A DNA stretch of 60,515 nt, filler included, from Sphacelaria rigidula (GCA_964200075.2; 10 parts of 10 records of this genome joined end to end with filler, not necessarily neighbours in it); one strand, 5' to 3'; shown: positions 12,331-24,845, counted from the whole stretch's first letter. The notes: generated by a model not told the origin, from the letters alone. Translations and numbers: made by a program.

Positions 12331-13959
12331 TCAAACCTTGTCACGCAACCAATCAGCATCCGTGCGATCGACGTTCCACCCGCCGCCAGTGACAGAAGTC
12401 AGCGCGGAAAACGCTGTACGCGGCGCACGCCCAAATATCACACAATACGGAGTGATCCGGTAGCGTTCACGAAAAGAAGTAGTCAGCGCGCACTGAGAGG
12501 CTGGCGAAACATCAACCCATTCAGACACCGGCCGTCGCTGTTCCGACAGAATAGACCGCAACGCACGAATAACCTCTTTCACCATGCGTTCACAAGCACC
12601 ATTCGACCAAGGGGTACTCAGCTGCGCGAGCACTCGATTCTTAAAATGCGTGGCGGTATCACTAACCCAAACACGCGGCACCCCCAACGTCTTGCACCAA
12701 TGGAGCGAGTGCTTAGCCGTGACCTCGGCGGTGCAAACCTCGGTCGGCTCGAAGCAAACGAAGTTGGACAAATCGTCCATGATAACCAAAACAAATCGAC
12801 AGCCATCCTCCTCAGGCAAACCACTAGCACCTTCAGGTCCGCCACTTCCGACGTACAGAAAATCAAAGTGGATAACTTCACCTGGCGCAGTGCCATGCAC
12901 AGTATCGCCAAACGGGCGAGATACAATTTCACCAGCACGAGTGTCTGCACAATGCAAACACTGGCGAACAAACTCGCGAACGTGGGAATCCATGTGAGAC
13001 CACACACAGTATTCTTTCAAACGAAACAGAGTCGGCGCCACACCACGGTGACGAGCCGACCGCATGTGAGCGCACACCATCAAGCGAGTTTGTAGAGTCT
13101 TATCATCCGACGAAATCCACAATACATCACTACTGCCAACACGCACGCGAAACAAACCATCGTCAGCCATGGTAGCTTGACCGAAAGTCGTAGGGAAATA
13201 ATAAACACCATCGCCGACTGTTTTGCGCTGCGCGGTACGAGTGACATCTAGCGAGGGCAGCGAATCATCGGCATCACACGGGCCGTACACGGCAACAGAA
13301 CGAAGAGGCACGGTAGGGACCTTCACCCAGCGAGACAACAAATCTCCCCAACAACTGCGCTCTCCAGGAATGTGTTCAATGGCATATCGATATTGGCCTA
13401 GTACTGCTTTCCAATTTTCAAGCCGTTGTGCCATGGCCTTTGTCACCGATGTGACACACTCTTCGGGGTAAAAAATGTACTTAAGATTGCGATGATCGGT
13501 GAAAATGTGAACACCACCCCAAAGCAAGTACTCTAGCCTTCGAAATGCATTGACTATCGCGGAACCTTCTTTGTCCATTGTTGCCCACCGCAACTGTGAA
13601 CCCTTAAAACTACCACTCAGAAAAGCCAACGGTTCGTGTGACATGTTTTCGAGCGCAATGCCACTACTAAACTCTGCGACAGGCACTTGCGCAAAACAAC
13701 TACCCCAGTGAAAATCCGAAGCATCTGGAAACATGAGAACAACGCACCCTGGACGAGGATGATACAGCGGCACCGCTTCAGCCACCAAATCTTGCGCAGC
13801 ACGCCATGCCCGCACACGACCCTCCGTCCAAGCGTCCTCCGGAATGGTACGATTACGCGCTACCCGCTTGGTCTGACGCGAAGCCCCGACCATAAATTGT
13901 TCCAGAAATACTCGAAGCGGAGCAGTTACTTCCGCCATGCGCGGGAGCGAAGTCCGCAA
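12331..13959 (-). pseudogene. Gypsy pol fragment: RT thumb/RNase H + integrase
   Basis: PDASDFHWG, FTDHRNL, HIPGERSCWGDLLSRW, H..H..CLHC, HFDF, SDTATHF, NGACER. Confidence 0.88.
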
Positions 13960-13999
13960 TCAATTCACCGCCTGCAGAAACTGCATCAGCTTACTAGCG

Positions 14000-15450
14000 T
14001 TTTGAGGACGTCGCATATTGCTCAAGCCTTGAATACGGACGGGATCAGGCGAAACAGCACCCTTGAGTACACCTTACCACACCAAACCACTTCGCGTGCG
14101 AAAAAAGTACACTTATACGCAGCGACGAACAGACCAACACTCTCCAAGCGGCCAAGAATTTCATCAAGCAAAGCTAACAGTGCTTCTTCGGTTTCGGCAA
14201 AATAGAAAACGTCATTCACCTACACTTTACAATGTAGACCTCGCAAAATGTCGGTCAGCACACCGTTTAAATACGCCGTCTAACACGCCCTACGGGACAC
14301 GAGTAGGCGTAAACAAACCGTCCGGCGTGACGATCGTGAAGATTTCTTGAGCCTCCGGCGCCAGAGGCATCTGCCAATACCCCTGTAGCAGGTCCAACTT
14401 GCCGAAGCATTGGGCTCCCAGCAACTCCCGCATGTCTTCTTGGCTTGACATCACCCCCGGAGACTGGTCCACTGGCGCGTTCACCGCCTGATAGTCGCTG
14501 ACCAACCGGGATGTTATCCGTGTCCCTTTTCGGCACCGCCATCGCCGGACTCGCCCACACAGCCTGGATGTTCCTCACCACGAAACCAAACGCCACCAAA
14601 GCTGCGATGCATGAGGCAAGCCACCCGGTCTTCACCGGATCGTACCGTCTGGGCTTGACCTTCACCGCATTTGCCTGGGGCTTAAGCTGCACCCTCATGG
14701 GCTCAACGCGCGCTGGTGTATCACCGCACAGCGCACGGCGAAATGTGTCTACGCAACGAGCCAAAATATCGCGCAGACAATCTGCGCCATCGGCGCTCAG
14801 ATCCTTCTGCTCGGCCTGCCGCACACTATCCTCAAGCGCACGTTCTCGTGCACCTCTCTCCTCTGGTGGGTCTATAAACATATCCGCCCCCCGATCGACC
14901 AAGCGCTCTACCGCTCCATCAGCAGGAGCCTCCTCCTCATTGGCGCTCTGGAATGACCGTATGGATACGACCACACGCCTTGCAGCAAGGTAACTGGGGT
15001 TTTCCACGCCGGTTTGCATCGGCACAGCACGCGGATGTAACGTCTCCAACGCCAGCGGATATAGATCAATCCCAAGCTCCTTCATTGTCACCATCCCAAA
15101 TAGAACCACGTTGCCCCTACCGGGCATGACAGCGAAAGTAATGAGCTGCAACTGCACAGCCCCCCACGGCGTACGCACGCTGACAGTAATCGGCACCGTT
15201 TTGTGTGTAACCGTCACGGGAGCACCAGTGGCGGTCTATGACGTTTGCGGTCCGTTTTCGAACGGAATCTGAAGCTGAGCGCCGCCAAACTGCTAAGACA
15301 CCTGTTCTAACAACCCCACACCGACTGACGTGAGCGCGGACCCAGAATCCAGAATAACGCGGGCCATGAACGAACCTACAGAACTAGGCAAGGATAAATC
15401 TGCGCGTAAGCATTCAGCCTTGCGATCGACAGGTACCACGCCTGCCGAAG
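14000..15450 (-). pseudogene. Gypsy aspartic protease and reverse transcriptase fragments
   Basis: ILDSGSALTSV; WASPAMAVPK; DYQAVN; KLDLLQGYWQMPL; DDV-like region, spread across several frames. Confidence 0.85.
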
Positions 15451-16147
15451 AACCCTGTTCTGACCCAAGAGTCACCTGACGCCAGGGCTGCCCTCCAGCA
15501 CTTGGCATCGATCGCTGCGAATCGTCGGTCCAACCAGACCAAGTCGCCGAATATGCAGACGGCGCTGTTACAGCCGTCGCAGCAGTAGGGAATGCACCAG
15601 ACACGGATCCTGCCTGGCCGAGGGGTTGCGAGCTATCGCTCCAGCACTCCCCATCGAAGTATTTGCATTCCCCACGTACACTGTCCGCCCCGCTACGGAC
15701 AAAGCATAAGATCCAGAGTCACCACCTCATGGTGTAGTGGAAGAAACAGCAGCGGAGGAACCACCATCCGCCGCCGATCGCTTGCTACCGCGGCCGCCGC
15801 GCCCGCGTCCCTGATTGGCACGGCCCCGTCTACCGTGACGACCGCCCCGAGATCCTGATGAATCTCGTGCATTGCCCTGTGCCGCGCCTCGAGCGCGAGG
15901 CTTGGGGCAGTCCTTGACATTATGTCCGGTCTCGCCTCAGTTGTAACACGCGCGAGTGAACGACTCTCGCGAAGACGGCTGCTGTTTCTGTTGCTGTTGG
16001 TGTTTGCGGCGCAAACCACCTGCACTTGTTGCAGAGTCGCACCGGCCATGTGCTTCAATGAACTTTCACTGGTCGGCCACCTCAAATATGTTTTCAAAAA
16101 CCACCGTCGGGTTCTTTTTCCAGCCGTCAACATACGTTAGTACGCTT

Positions 16148-16696
16148 CTAACATACGCCTTGAATACGGGGGCGAATCCCGTCCACCAAATCTATGGAAA
16201 CCGACTCGGCCAGGCCTGGCAACCAACTCCTGTCTTCCGCACGGTACATGGCTTGCACCATCAGGTTCTCTGCCAAAAATCTTCCCATATCTGAACTGAC
16301 CATCATAGCACGATCCCTGACAGATTTCCTCCCGCTTTGCTTCATCGTAAGTACCCTACGCAGGTCTACTGCAGCCCGCGCAGCGTCATGCTTTCCACCG
16401 GTTGTAGTATACTCGGCATGCTGCTTCACAGCATCAAGCAATTCATTGGGGGTCATAGCCCGGCCGCCCTTGTACATGTCTTCGAAGCAGCGGTGAATGT
16501 AGAGAGGAATGAGTTGCCCTATGCTTGCTCTCTCGTGCTGTATAATTCCTTGTCCATTAGCGAGACTCAGATGCTGTATAAATTCAAGATATGCCGCGAA
16601 AAAACCCCGCGATGCCTCCTCTGTCCATACTTTGTCATACTTTGGCGGCTGTGGTGGCTCACCTAATACCAGCGGCACTGCCGCCGCTTGAGCCAT
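16148..16696 (-). pseudogene. Gypsy gag-like ORF fragment
   Basis: 182-aa ORF upstream of the zinc knuckle and protease on the same strand; assigned mainly by position. Confidence 0.6.
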
Positions 16697-17287
16697 GTCG
16701 ACTATGCTTCAAAAACTTCACAGAAAAACTCTTGCCTGACTTGTGCGTCCTCCAGCTCATGGAGCGCCCCCCTTTGCTGTGCGCTTCAAGCTGGTCTTCT
16801 CCTGTCTGCGGGCTAAACTGGCTCTTAGCTTCTTCCCACTTCTCCTCAGCCAAACTCCTCTAACAGAATGCCGGGAGAATATCTAGATATTGTAGCCTCT
16901 GCCAGACGATCTGGACAAGAGGACTATCCACGAGGGACTTCACGAGGGACTCCACGAGGGACTCCTCCAGTAGCACTGGCCTCGTGCTCGACAAACCCTT
17001 TCTTCTCACTTGCTATTATCACGGAGTGATCCTCAACAGACCACATCAAGAGCCAGACAGCAAGGGGCCACACAGATGGGAGTCATCAATCCAGGATCCC
17101 CTGTCCCCTGCGACTGCTCCAATCATGCATGCGATTATGCTGAAATACGGCTTGGTATCATTTGGCTACAAGTCTCAAACAAAAATGATGGAGGACTCTA
17201 TGTCTTGTAAAGAATAGCAGGGACAGTATTGGAAAAACGGGCCTACGTCTTTGACCACGGGTTGGAGAGATCGGACTAATTTGTGGA

Positions 17288-17416
17288 AATAACAATAATA
17301 ATAATACTAACAATAACAACAACAACAATAATAATAGTAGTAATAGTAGTAATAGTAATAGTAGTAATAGTAATAATAATAGTGATAATAATAATAATGA
17401 TAATAAGGATAATAAT
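17288..17416. repeat. (AAT)n/(AAC)n/(TAG)n compound microsatellite
   Basis: Visible trinucleotide runs. Confidence 0.9.
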
Positions 17417-18086
17417 CGGTTTGTTTTCGACGTATTAACAAAAAACACACGGGTTTATCACAACAGTACCACACGTCGTACAGCTCACGGGTTACTCCGC
17501 ATTTCGTGTCCTGATCCGGATAATGAGCTACACCAATAAACAGTGGATTCTCGAAAATGGGGTTAAAAAAAAATGAGGTTCCAACTCAAAAGCCGTGCTT
17601 TCCGTGACCTAATTTCATAGGGTTGGGTTCTGGACCAGTATCTACTGCCAGTATTCCTGTACTGGCAGTACTACTTGTACTGACTGAGAGGCCGCCAGTA
17701 CACCAGTGCATGGCCCTCTTGCGTACGTCCTACAATATGCCTCCAGAACCACCATGAAAACCCACCAAATTGGCCCGCTTCAGAAGAGAGAGGATGTGGA
17801 ACGAGTGTATTTGGTACACCGTACTATACGAGTGTACCTATACAGCAGCGGGTGTTGGGAGACCGTACAAACGATGGAACGATCCATTAGTACCAGCAGC
17901 ACGCCCTCTGCAGACCCTAATTTTCTGTCTGCGATCCGCGCCTTCGTCCTGTTCTCTTTCTCTGCACTTTGCTTCTTGATCTAGCGTATTTATTCTCTTT
18001 TCGCCTTGGAGTCGTCTGCGTTGTCGTTGCGTGGGACTGCTGTGTCAGCTTCGCTGTGCCTCCTTCCTTTCGTACAGTCTCTACCC

Positions 18087-18186
18087 NNNNNNNNNNNNNN
18101 NNNNNNNNNNNNNNNNNNNNNNNNNNNNNNTTAATTAATTAANNNNNNNNNNNNNNNNNNNNNNNNNNNNNNNNNNNNNNNNNNNN
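18087..18186. other. Artificial contig spacer
   Basis: 44 N + TTAATTAATTAA + 44 N. Confidence 0.99.
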
Positions 18187-18711
18187 GAAAAGCACACACG
18201 GAATGAAAAATTGGCCAAGTTCAAGCGAATGATCAAAGCCACTCTCAATCCGCACCCCACTCTCAATCTCACGAAAACCTTGTTCGTTGTGAGTGTCTGC
18301 AGCTTTATTGTGGGGCATCCATTTTATCCAACTGACGGGTGTACTGTAGTGACGCTGTACTCTTGTGATTGTATATCTCAGCACACTGCTGAACGGTGCT
18401 GCGTTTCAAAGATGCCGCGTTCCAAGGATCACTGGCGTCTGTCGCCGCATTGGATCGTTTCGCCGACGGCGGTCGTCGCCGGCGCAACAGCATGAAGTCT
18501 CTCTCAGATGCTCACCGAGAGGCGATCGGAAACTCGATGGCTAGTCCAAATAAGTATGTTTCCAGCATGTTTTGTTACCTGTTCCATAGCGCTCAGATGC
18601 AGGCCCTGCTCAAAACAAAATGTCGCACAATCGATCACGACGGTTTTTCTGTTGGACTGCTGATCTTCATGCTTGCCCTACCGTGCAGAAACTTCTGGGT
18701 TAGGGTTACAT

Positions 18712-18842
18712 GGTCGACACCGGTTGCGAATCCCCAGCCTTTTGGACAACGCAAATGAAATTTCGATGGTCCGTTGAACCTTACCCAGATGTTGAACCTC
18801 AAGAACGAATCCAGGCTGTTATGTGCCGGCGGATCAACATGC
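18712..18842. repeat. Dispersed repeat shared with the start of contig 5
   Basis: ACCGGTTGCGA...AATTTCGATGGTC.GTTGAACCT...ATGTTGAACCTCAA..ACGA.TCCAGGCTGTTAT also at 24249-24378. Confidence 0.75.
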
Positions 18843-20623
18843 AGTATTGACAGCACCGTTGTACAAAGCATCACAGTGCCGAATGCAACGCGTTGTGCCG
18901 GCAATTAACTGTGCTGCCACTATATATATCACTTTGTTCGCATACAGTCAATAATAGATCACCTTAGTACATTGCTGTGAGGCACGTCATGTTCAAGATC
19001 AAAATTCAATCGCATATCACGGAGTTTAACACCCTTTTTTCCATGCTACATTCTGACAGACATACCCAAAAGTACTTGTACAGGGCAGGCACATATTACT
19101 CTGAAAGTCCAGGCATCTAGTATAGTACAGTAGTGGTGCAGCGACATCCGCAAAGGAATATAGTGCAGCAGTACCACGCCAACACTCATAAATAACTAAA
19201 CTTGACAGTGGAACGACTTCGCATGATCCATGTTGAAACAAATCCGACACCACGGACCAAGCAAATCTGTCACGAATCACGAGGTGGATGTCTAGAGGTG
19301 AAGGGTGCCAGTTCGTGGGCACCCGAGTAGTCATCTCAAAAGACATGTAAGCACCAGGATCCGACCGAGTTCGATGATGATTATGCATGCAAGATGGTTC
19401 AAAGTAACTCTTCACCTGCAGCGCATGATCGAGGCAGCACCAGCTGCAGGCAAGTCAGGCTTACTTTAGATGAAGACCAACGACACCTCTGATATCGCAG
19501 TCCATGGATGGCGTAAATGCTTTTTGTATTATCGGCGACAGGCTGCTGTACGTGCTGGGATCAATCCTAAAAGCTCTGGGAAAACATATGTAGATAATCT
19601 GACACAAGGCATGACAAGAGTATGACACATGGAGCCTAGTCGACTGGAAAATGACCAATAAATCCATGACAAATCGACATGTTAACGAAGTCAATCGAAT
19701 ACTTTACAAAACAAAATACGTGCCTTGTTCGGCACTACACTACCGTGCTGTACCGTGGGCTTGATTTCGCTCCGAACAAAGATGCCTCCATGCATTCCTG
19801 CAAAAGCCTTCGTCAGCTTCCCCTGATCGAAGGAGCAGTTTTTCCCGATTCCATGGGCTTATTGGGCCCGTTTTATTCGGACCATTTACCTCGATCAAAA
19901 AGGGACGATGGCAGACAATTTCTACGACAGCCCCCCCCCCCAGAAGTGCATGGTTTTGGGAGGCGAAATCTTCACGTAAATCGCAACGGGAAAAGCCGAG
20001 AACAATGAGAAGCAGGGAATTCCCACGCTTGGGTTCGTTCCAGCCAATGTCGCCAATATGAGGCGTTTCATGCTCCCTGAACCCGAACATCAGGCCCTGT
20101 ATGGCCATTTTCTTCGTGACACTTTTAGCTGTTTTTTTGGGGGGTATCGTAGAAAATGTCTGCATTTCGTGTGACACCGCCGAGTCGTTGTTGTGGAAGT
20201 CCTCATCGCTGGTGCTCTTGATGCTGCTGGTGGTGCTCGTGCTGCTAGTGTTTTTTTTGGTGCTGTTGCTGTTGCTGTTGCTGTTGTTCGGGGGGAGCTC
20301 CCCGTTTTTGTTGAAATAAAAAATGTTTCGTTCCTGTCCGTTTTTCACGGTATTTGCCATTGATAACAATGCTTTCGTGAGACTGAGAGTTCAAGATCCA
20401 ACTGAGAGCGACCAATTTTTTCAAACGGCGCTAAAGGGGATCTTTCACATTGTTCCACGACACTTTGGGTTGTAGCATGAACAAGAGGCTAGTTGACCCT
20501 TGGAGCAAACCTACCCAAACTTTGTGTAGAGTACTTGTTGCTCCGTTCCCCGTCCTCCAACGAAGACCATGACCGGTCTTGTCGGTACGGCGTGGGGACG
20601 GTATTTTCGGCGGGTGTAGGGCC

Positions 20624-21719
20624 TGTTGCAGGTTAAGGGCAACGCCCGGTTAAGGGCAACTTTTCGTTTAAGGGCAAGCGGTCCGGATTAAGGGCAAGCG
20701 CCCCTGACTATGGGGAAGCGCCCCTGGGTAAGGAGAAGTACACCTGACTATGGGGAAGCGCCCCTGGGTAAGGGGAAGCACACCTGGGTAGAGGGAAGCG
20801 CACCTGGGTAGGGGGGAGCGCACCTGGATACGGGCAAGCGCCTCTGATTATTGGCATCTGCCCCTAGCGACGGAGAAGCGATACACTTATCGTCAACATA
20901 TTCCCGAATCAGCCGAAGAATGCCAAACTGTCTAGGGCGTGCTAAGGACCCACGATACGTGTGTCTCTGGCCCGTGGGTAGACGATACAGGTGTCTCTCG
21001 CTTGTGGGCACGCGATACAGGTTAGGGTTAGGGTTAGGGCTAGGGTATCGTGGGTCCTTAGTTTGATGCGTGAGAGGACCGCGTGCTTAGAGGACCGCGC
21101 CGTAGTTCAAAACACCTCAGGATTGACGTTTTCCAAAACCAATCCGGCCAGTCCCTGCAGGTCCTACGCCCCTTACCATAACCCCAACACTAACCCTAAC
21201 CCTAACCCTACCTAACCATAGGGGTATTCAAATTCCGATGCGGTCTTCTAAGCACGCGTTCCTCTCACGCATTACACTTAGCACGCCCTAGACAGTTTGG
21301 CATTCTTCGGCTGATTCGGGAATATGATGACGATACGTGAATCGCTTCTCCGTCGCTAGGGGCAGATGCCAATATTCAGGGGCGCTTGCCCGTATCCAGG
21401 TGCGCTCCCCCCTCCCCGGGTGCGCTTCCCCCTCCCCGGGTGCGCTTCCCCCTACCCAGGTGCGCTTCCCCTTCCCCGGGTGTGCTTCCCCATAGTCAGG
21501 GGCGCTTCCCCTTACCCAGGTGCGCTTCCCCATAGTCAGGGGCGCTTCCCCTTACCCAGGTGCGCTTCCTCATAGCCAGGGGCGCTTGCCCTTAATCCGG
21601 GCCGCGTCCCCCTAACCCGGGGCGCTTCCCCATAGTCAGGGGCGCTTGCCCTTAATCCGGACCGCTTGCCCTTGAGCGAAAAGTTGCCCTTAACCGGGCG
21701 TTGCCCTTAACCTGCCCCA
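20624..21719. mobile_element. Foldback (long-TIR) non-autonomous transposon with ~20-bp internal subrepeats
   Basis: Inverted arms 20624-20958 and 21045-21719; TG...CA ends; 5-bp TSD GGGCC (20619-20623, 21720-21724); the empty-site version of the host repeat is seen at about 54365-54385. Confidence 0.85.
21061..21276. mobile_element. Ginger-like MITE, third copy, nested in the right arm of the foldback element
   Basis: Same TIR and body as 2140 and 5370; CTTA(G) duplicated on both sides; removing it restores arm symmetry. Confidence 0.82.
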
Positions 21720-22417
21720 GGGCCAGAATCACCTTCAAGGAGTTATTCCTTCTCACTGCTACCCTTGGCCAAGGCCGTGGTGTGGTGGTAGAGTTGGGTC
21801 AACACGGTGCTCATCAAGCGCACCCACTCCTGTTGTAGTGCAGCGGTATAATATGTCACAGCCTGAGTGCGGGCATATCCTGCGTGACAAGCAGTATAAT
21901 GTGTCAACACCGTGGGTGCGGGCATGCTGGGATACGGTGTGTGCGCGGAGACAGATGACACCGCTGTCGAAAGCTGGCACGCACAACCTTGATAGCAAGG
22001 AGCGTGTGCCGGTGTGTAGACTGGCTTCGGCGACAAGGATGCTTAGGTCTGGTTGAGCCTCCTGGACGAGACACTTACTACAGACCAGCACCGGAGTGCA
22101 CAATGAAGAGCAGTAGACCTGACGAAGTATTCGTACACAATGGTTGACACGGATAACTACAAGATCGTAGACTCGATGAAGTTCTGAAAAAAGGATATGG
22201 TTTGGGGCAGGTGAGCAGTGGAACCAGCTCGCCCAGAACGTGTTTCTGTCGAAATCGGCGCTTTAGGCGACGATTTGAAGTCTGCCAACGCACACTTGGC
22301 CTAGGGGAATCTATGTACCCTCCTGGCCCAAGGGTCTCGTGCGCCTTGGGTCGGGGTCGGGGTTAGGGCTAGTGTTAATGTTAGTTTGCAACATTCCATG
22401 ATGTTTCCCGTCAACCA

Positions 22418-22555
22418 TTATCTATGAACATATTTTTAGCTCCCCTCCCTTTGACCGCGAGGGTAGGTAGGTCACCTGTTGAATCGACATCAGTATTCAC
22501 TTGAAAAGAGTATGTATCCTGCGGGTGAACTACCTGCAGCGGTCGAAGGGTTAAC
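22418..22555. repeat. piggyBac-like MITE plus flanking extension
   Basis: MITE 22447-22550 with TTAA at 22551; the whole 138 bp is an inverted copy of 24011-24148 with 1 mismatch seen. Confidence 0.85.
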
Positions 22556-22591
22556 CGTCGTTAGGCTACGTTTTAGGATTGTCGACACAAT

Positions 22592-22996
22592 TTTACATGT
22601 ATATCGCTACCCCAAACCCCAACCCCAACCCTAAGCCCAACTCTAACCCCAACCCTACGCATACCAGGAACCCCCAGGCAAGCGCGGAACATACATTCCC
22701 TTGGCGAAATGCGACAGTGTAGTAAGTTTGCCGGCTTCCGGGTACTTTTCAGAATGGTTGATACTTTTCGATTTGACTGTGAACCACGAGAAACGAAATT
22801 TTGGTGGGGCTGACAGTCCCATGTGCTCCTGGCGTGCGTAGACAATGCGTTTTGCGTCCAAAACTGCGCCACAGGCGCCGATTTGGGGTCTACCAAGGCC
22901 GCACTTTGCCGAATAAGTGTATGTTTTGCCCTTGCCCGAGGGTTCTCGGTATGCGTTGGGTTGGGGTTAGTGTAAGGGGTAGCGATACTTGTAAAC
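22592..22996. mobile_element. Foldback/MITE with long imperfect TIRs containing telomere-like repeats
   Basis: TTTACATGTATATCGCTACCCC...GGGGTAGCGATACTTGTAAA; arms of about 100-130 bp include CCCTAA/CCCCAA units and ACGCATACC/GGTATGCGT. Confidence 0.7.
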
Positions 22997-23194
22997 ATGT
23001 GGCAGCCATCGTAAAACGTAGCCCAACGATGGTCAACCTGCCTCCGTCGATCAGCCACGTCGTTCATAATCGAAAGTGACATCCCGGCCTATGATCCCAA
23101 TGGTAGGTGGAAAGCATATGACACCTGGTTAGGAATATTCTGCGTGCTCTAGTTCGAATCAGATATTTTGATATGGTCGAGGTAATTGTGGCAT

Positions 23195-23638
23195 AACACG
23201 GGATCTTACAAATTGAGGATGAATCATTTATTGGGGATGAGAAACTCGGAGAATGAAAATCTTCGTATCCACACCAAATCTTCGAAATATGGTTCTACTT
23301 CTTCACCTCCTGATAGCTATTGACAACTGCAAAAGGCCATAGAAATTTAGATTTTGATCACCGGCATTATGAGGTCTTCGGTAAAAAATCAATTTCGACA
23401 CCATTTTTGGCGTCCATTCGGTCACCCGAAATTCCCCCCAAATGGTTTTTAACCTAGGATCCCAACATTTCGGTGATCAAAATTCAAATTTCCATGGCGT
23501 GTAGCAATGTCAATAGCTATTAGTAGGTGAAGAAATAGAACCATATTTCGAAGATCTGGTGTGGATACGAGGATTTTAATTCTCCGGGTTTCTCATCCCC
23601 AATACAAGATCCATCCCCGACTTGTAAGATCCCGTGTT
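23195..23638. mobile_element. Foldback element with ~185-bp imperfect inverted arms
   Basis: AACACGGGATCTTACAA...TTGTAAGATCCCGTGTT; complementarity continues through CGTATCCACACCA/TGGTGTGGATACG and TTTTGATCACCG/CGGTGATCAAAA. Confidence 0.8.
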
Positions 23639-24010
23639 GTATACATTCTTTGAACAAATCAACCATGCTTTATCGACGGTCACCCAAACGTTGACACCGC
23701 GAAACCGCTATGTCATCCCGAAGTTATTCCGATCATTATGTGCAATAAGAGGGTACTCTGCCGGTCGGGTACCATTCTCAAGAATCGAATGCTCAACCCC
23801 CTCAATTTTCCCACTTTTAGAAGAACGTTATACGCTCCAGACCCCAAGGGTCGGGTTTTCATTGGTTCCGATTTTTTTCAAGCCATCGTTAGGCTCTATA
23901 TCATATAATGGCTGCACAAACAAGCGGCATGGTGCTTCCAGGTAGCTGGTGCAGGTGTACGATGATCGCATTATTTTGAATATCAGACGACGGAAATATT
24001 CGGGTCGGAA

Positions 24011-24148
24011 GTTAACCCTTCGACCGCTGCAGGTAGTCCACCCGCAGGATACATACTCTTTTCAAGTGAATACTGATGTCGATTCAACAGGTGACCTACC
24101 TACCCTCGCGGTCAAAGGGAGGGGAGCTAAAAATATGTTCATAGATAA
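24011..24148. repeat. piggyBac-like MITE plus extension, running off the contig end
   Basis: TTAA 24012-24015, CCCTTCGACCGC terminus; inverted copy of 22418-22555. Confidence 0.85.
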
Positions 24149-24248
24149 NNNNNNNNNNNNNNNNNNNNNNNNNNNNNNNNNNNNNNNNNNNNTTAATTAA
24201 TTAANNNNNNNNNNNNNNNNNNNNNNNNNNNNNNNNNNNNNNNNNNNN
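24149..24248. other. Artificial contig spacer
   Basis: 44 N + TTAATTAATTAA + 44 N. Confidence 0.99.
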
Positions 24249-24779
24249 GGTCGCAACCGGTTGCGAGTCCCGAGCATTTTGAACGAAATAAATGGAATTT
24301 CGATGGTCAGTTGAACCTCATAAAAATGTTGAACCTCAATGACGATTCCAGGCTGTTATTAGAAGGATTTAACATGCGATTCGGGTGTCGAATTTATTTT
24401 CAATCATGAGTGAGTTATCGTCATACTCTAGCGGGACAGCCGCAAATAAACTGTTCTGAAATGGACCTCACATTTTCAAGTCGGTCCCCAATCCATAACC
24501 CGGATTTTGAGTGTTGACGCAAACTCTTGTGCACCCATACATGTTCGTGGGAGCATGGTTCATACAATTGCACTGGAGTTCCTGCTTCACTTTGTCCCCC
24601 GAGTTGGAGGTATCAGCACCCAGAGGAGTGAATAATGATCTATGCTTCGTGGATACCAGATTATCTCAACGCTAGAGACATGAGCCAAGAAAAAATAAAT
24701 GAGCCAAGAGGCACCCCAGTACGGTTCTAAATACCATGAGCGTCGAGCTGCGATTCATGCAACTACTTTCTTACACTGC

Positions 24780-24845
24780 AGGGGAGGGGGGTGTACTCAT
24801 GATCATGCATGCCACAGTCATACGACCATCGACCTCGCAACCCCA
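24780..24845. repeat. Short dispersed repeat
   Basis: GTGTACTCATGATCATGCATGCCA.A.TCATA.GACCAT.GACCTCGC; reverse-complement copies at about 54555-54620 and 60250-60302, and a weaker one near 48500-48550. Confidence 0.75.

Larger units (their letters stand above)
12125..16900 (-). mobile_element. Degenerate Ty3/Gypsy LTR retrotransposon internal region (gag-PR-RT-RH-IN), 3' end cut by the contig end
   Basis: Order on minus strand: gag-like ORF 16148-16696; CCHC knuckle CYN*GETGHNVKDC near 15910-15950; protease ILDSGS; RT FGKLDLLQGYWQ; RNase H PDAS; integrase HHCC + DDE; GPW motif. Many frameshifts and stops. Confidence 0.92.

Noticed and set aside
12178..13095. 305-aa plus-strand ORF
   Set aside because: Antisense shadow of the Gypsy integrase.
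17158..17448. Poly-Leu ORF (and poly-Val/Asn ORFs near 27250-27580)
   Set aside because: Translations of microsatellites.
20944..21060. Separate small TIR element in the centre of the foldback
   Set aside because: Its inverted ends are just the inner continuation of the outer arms once the nested MITE is removed.
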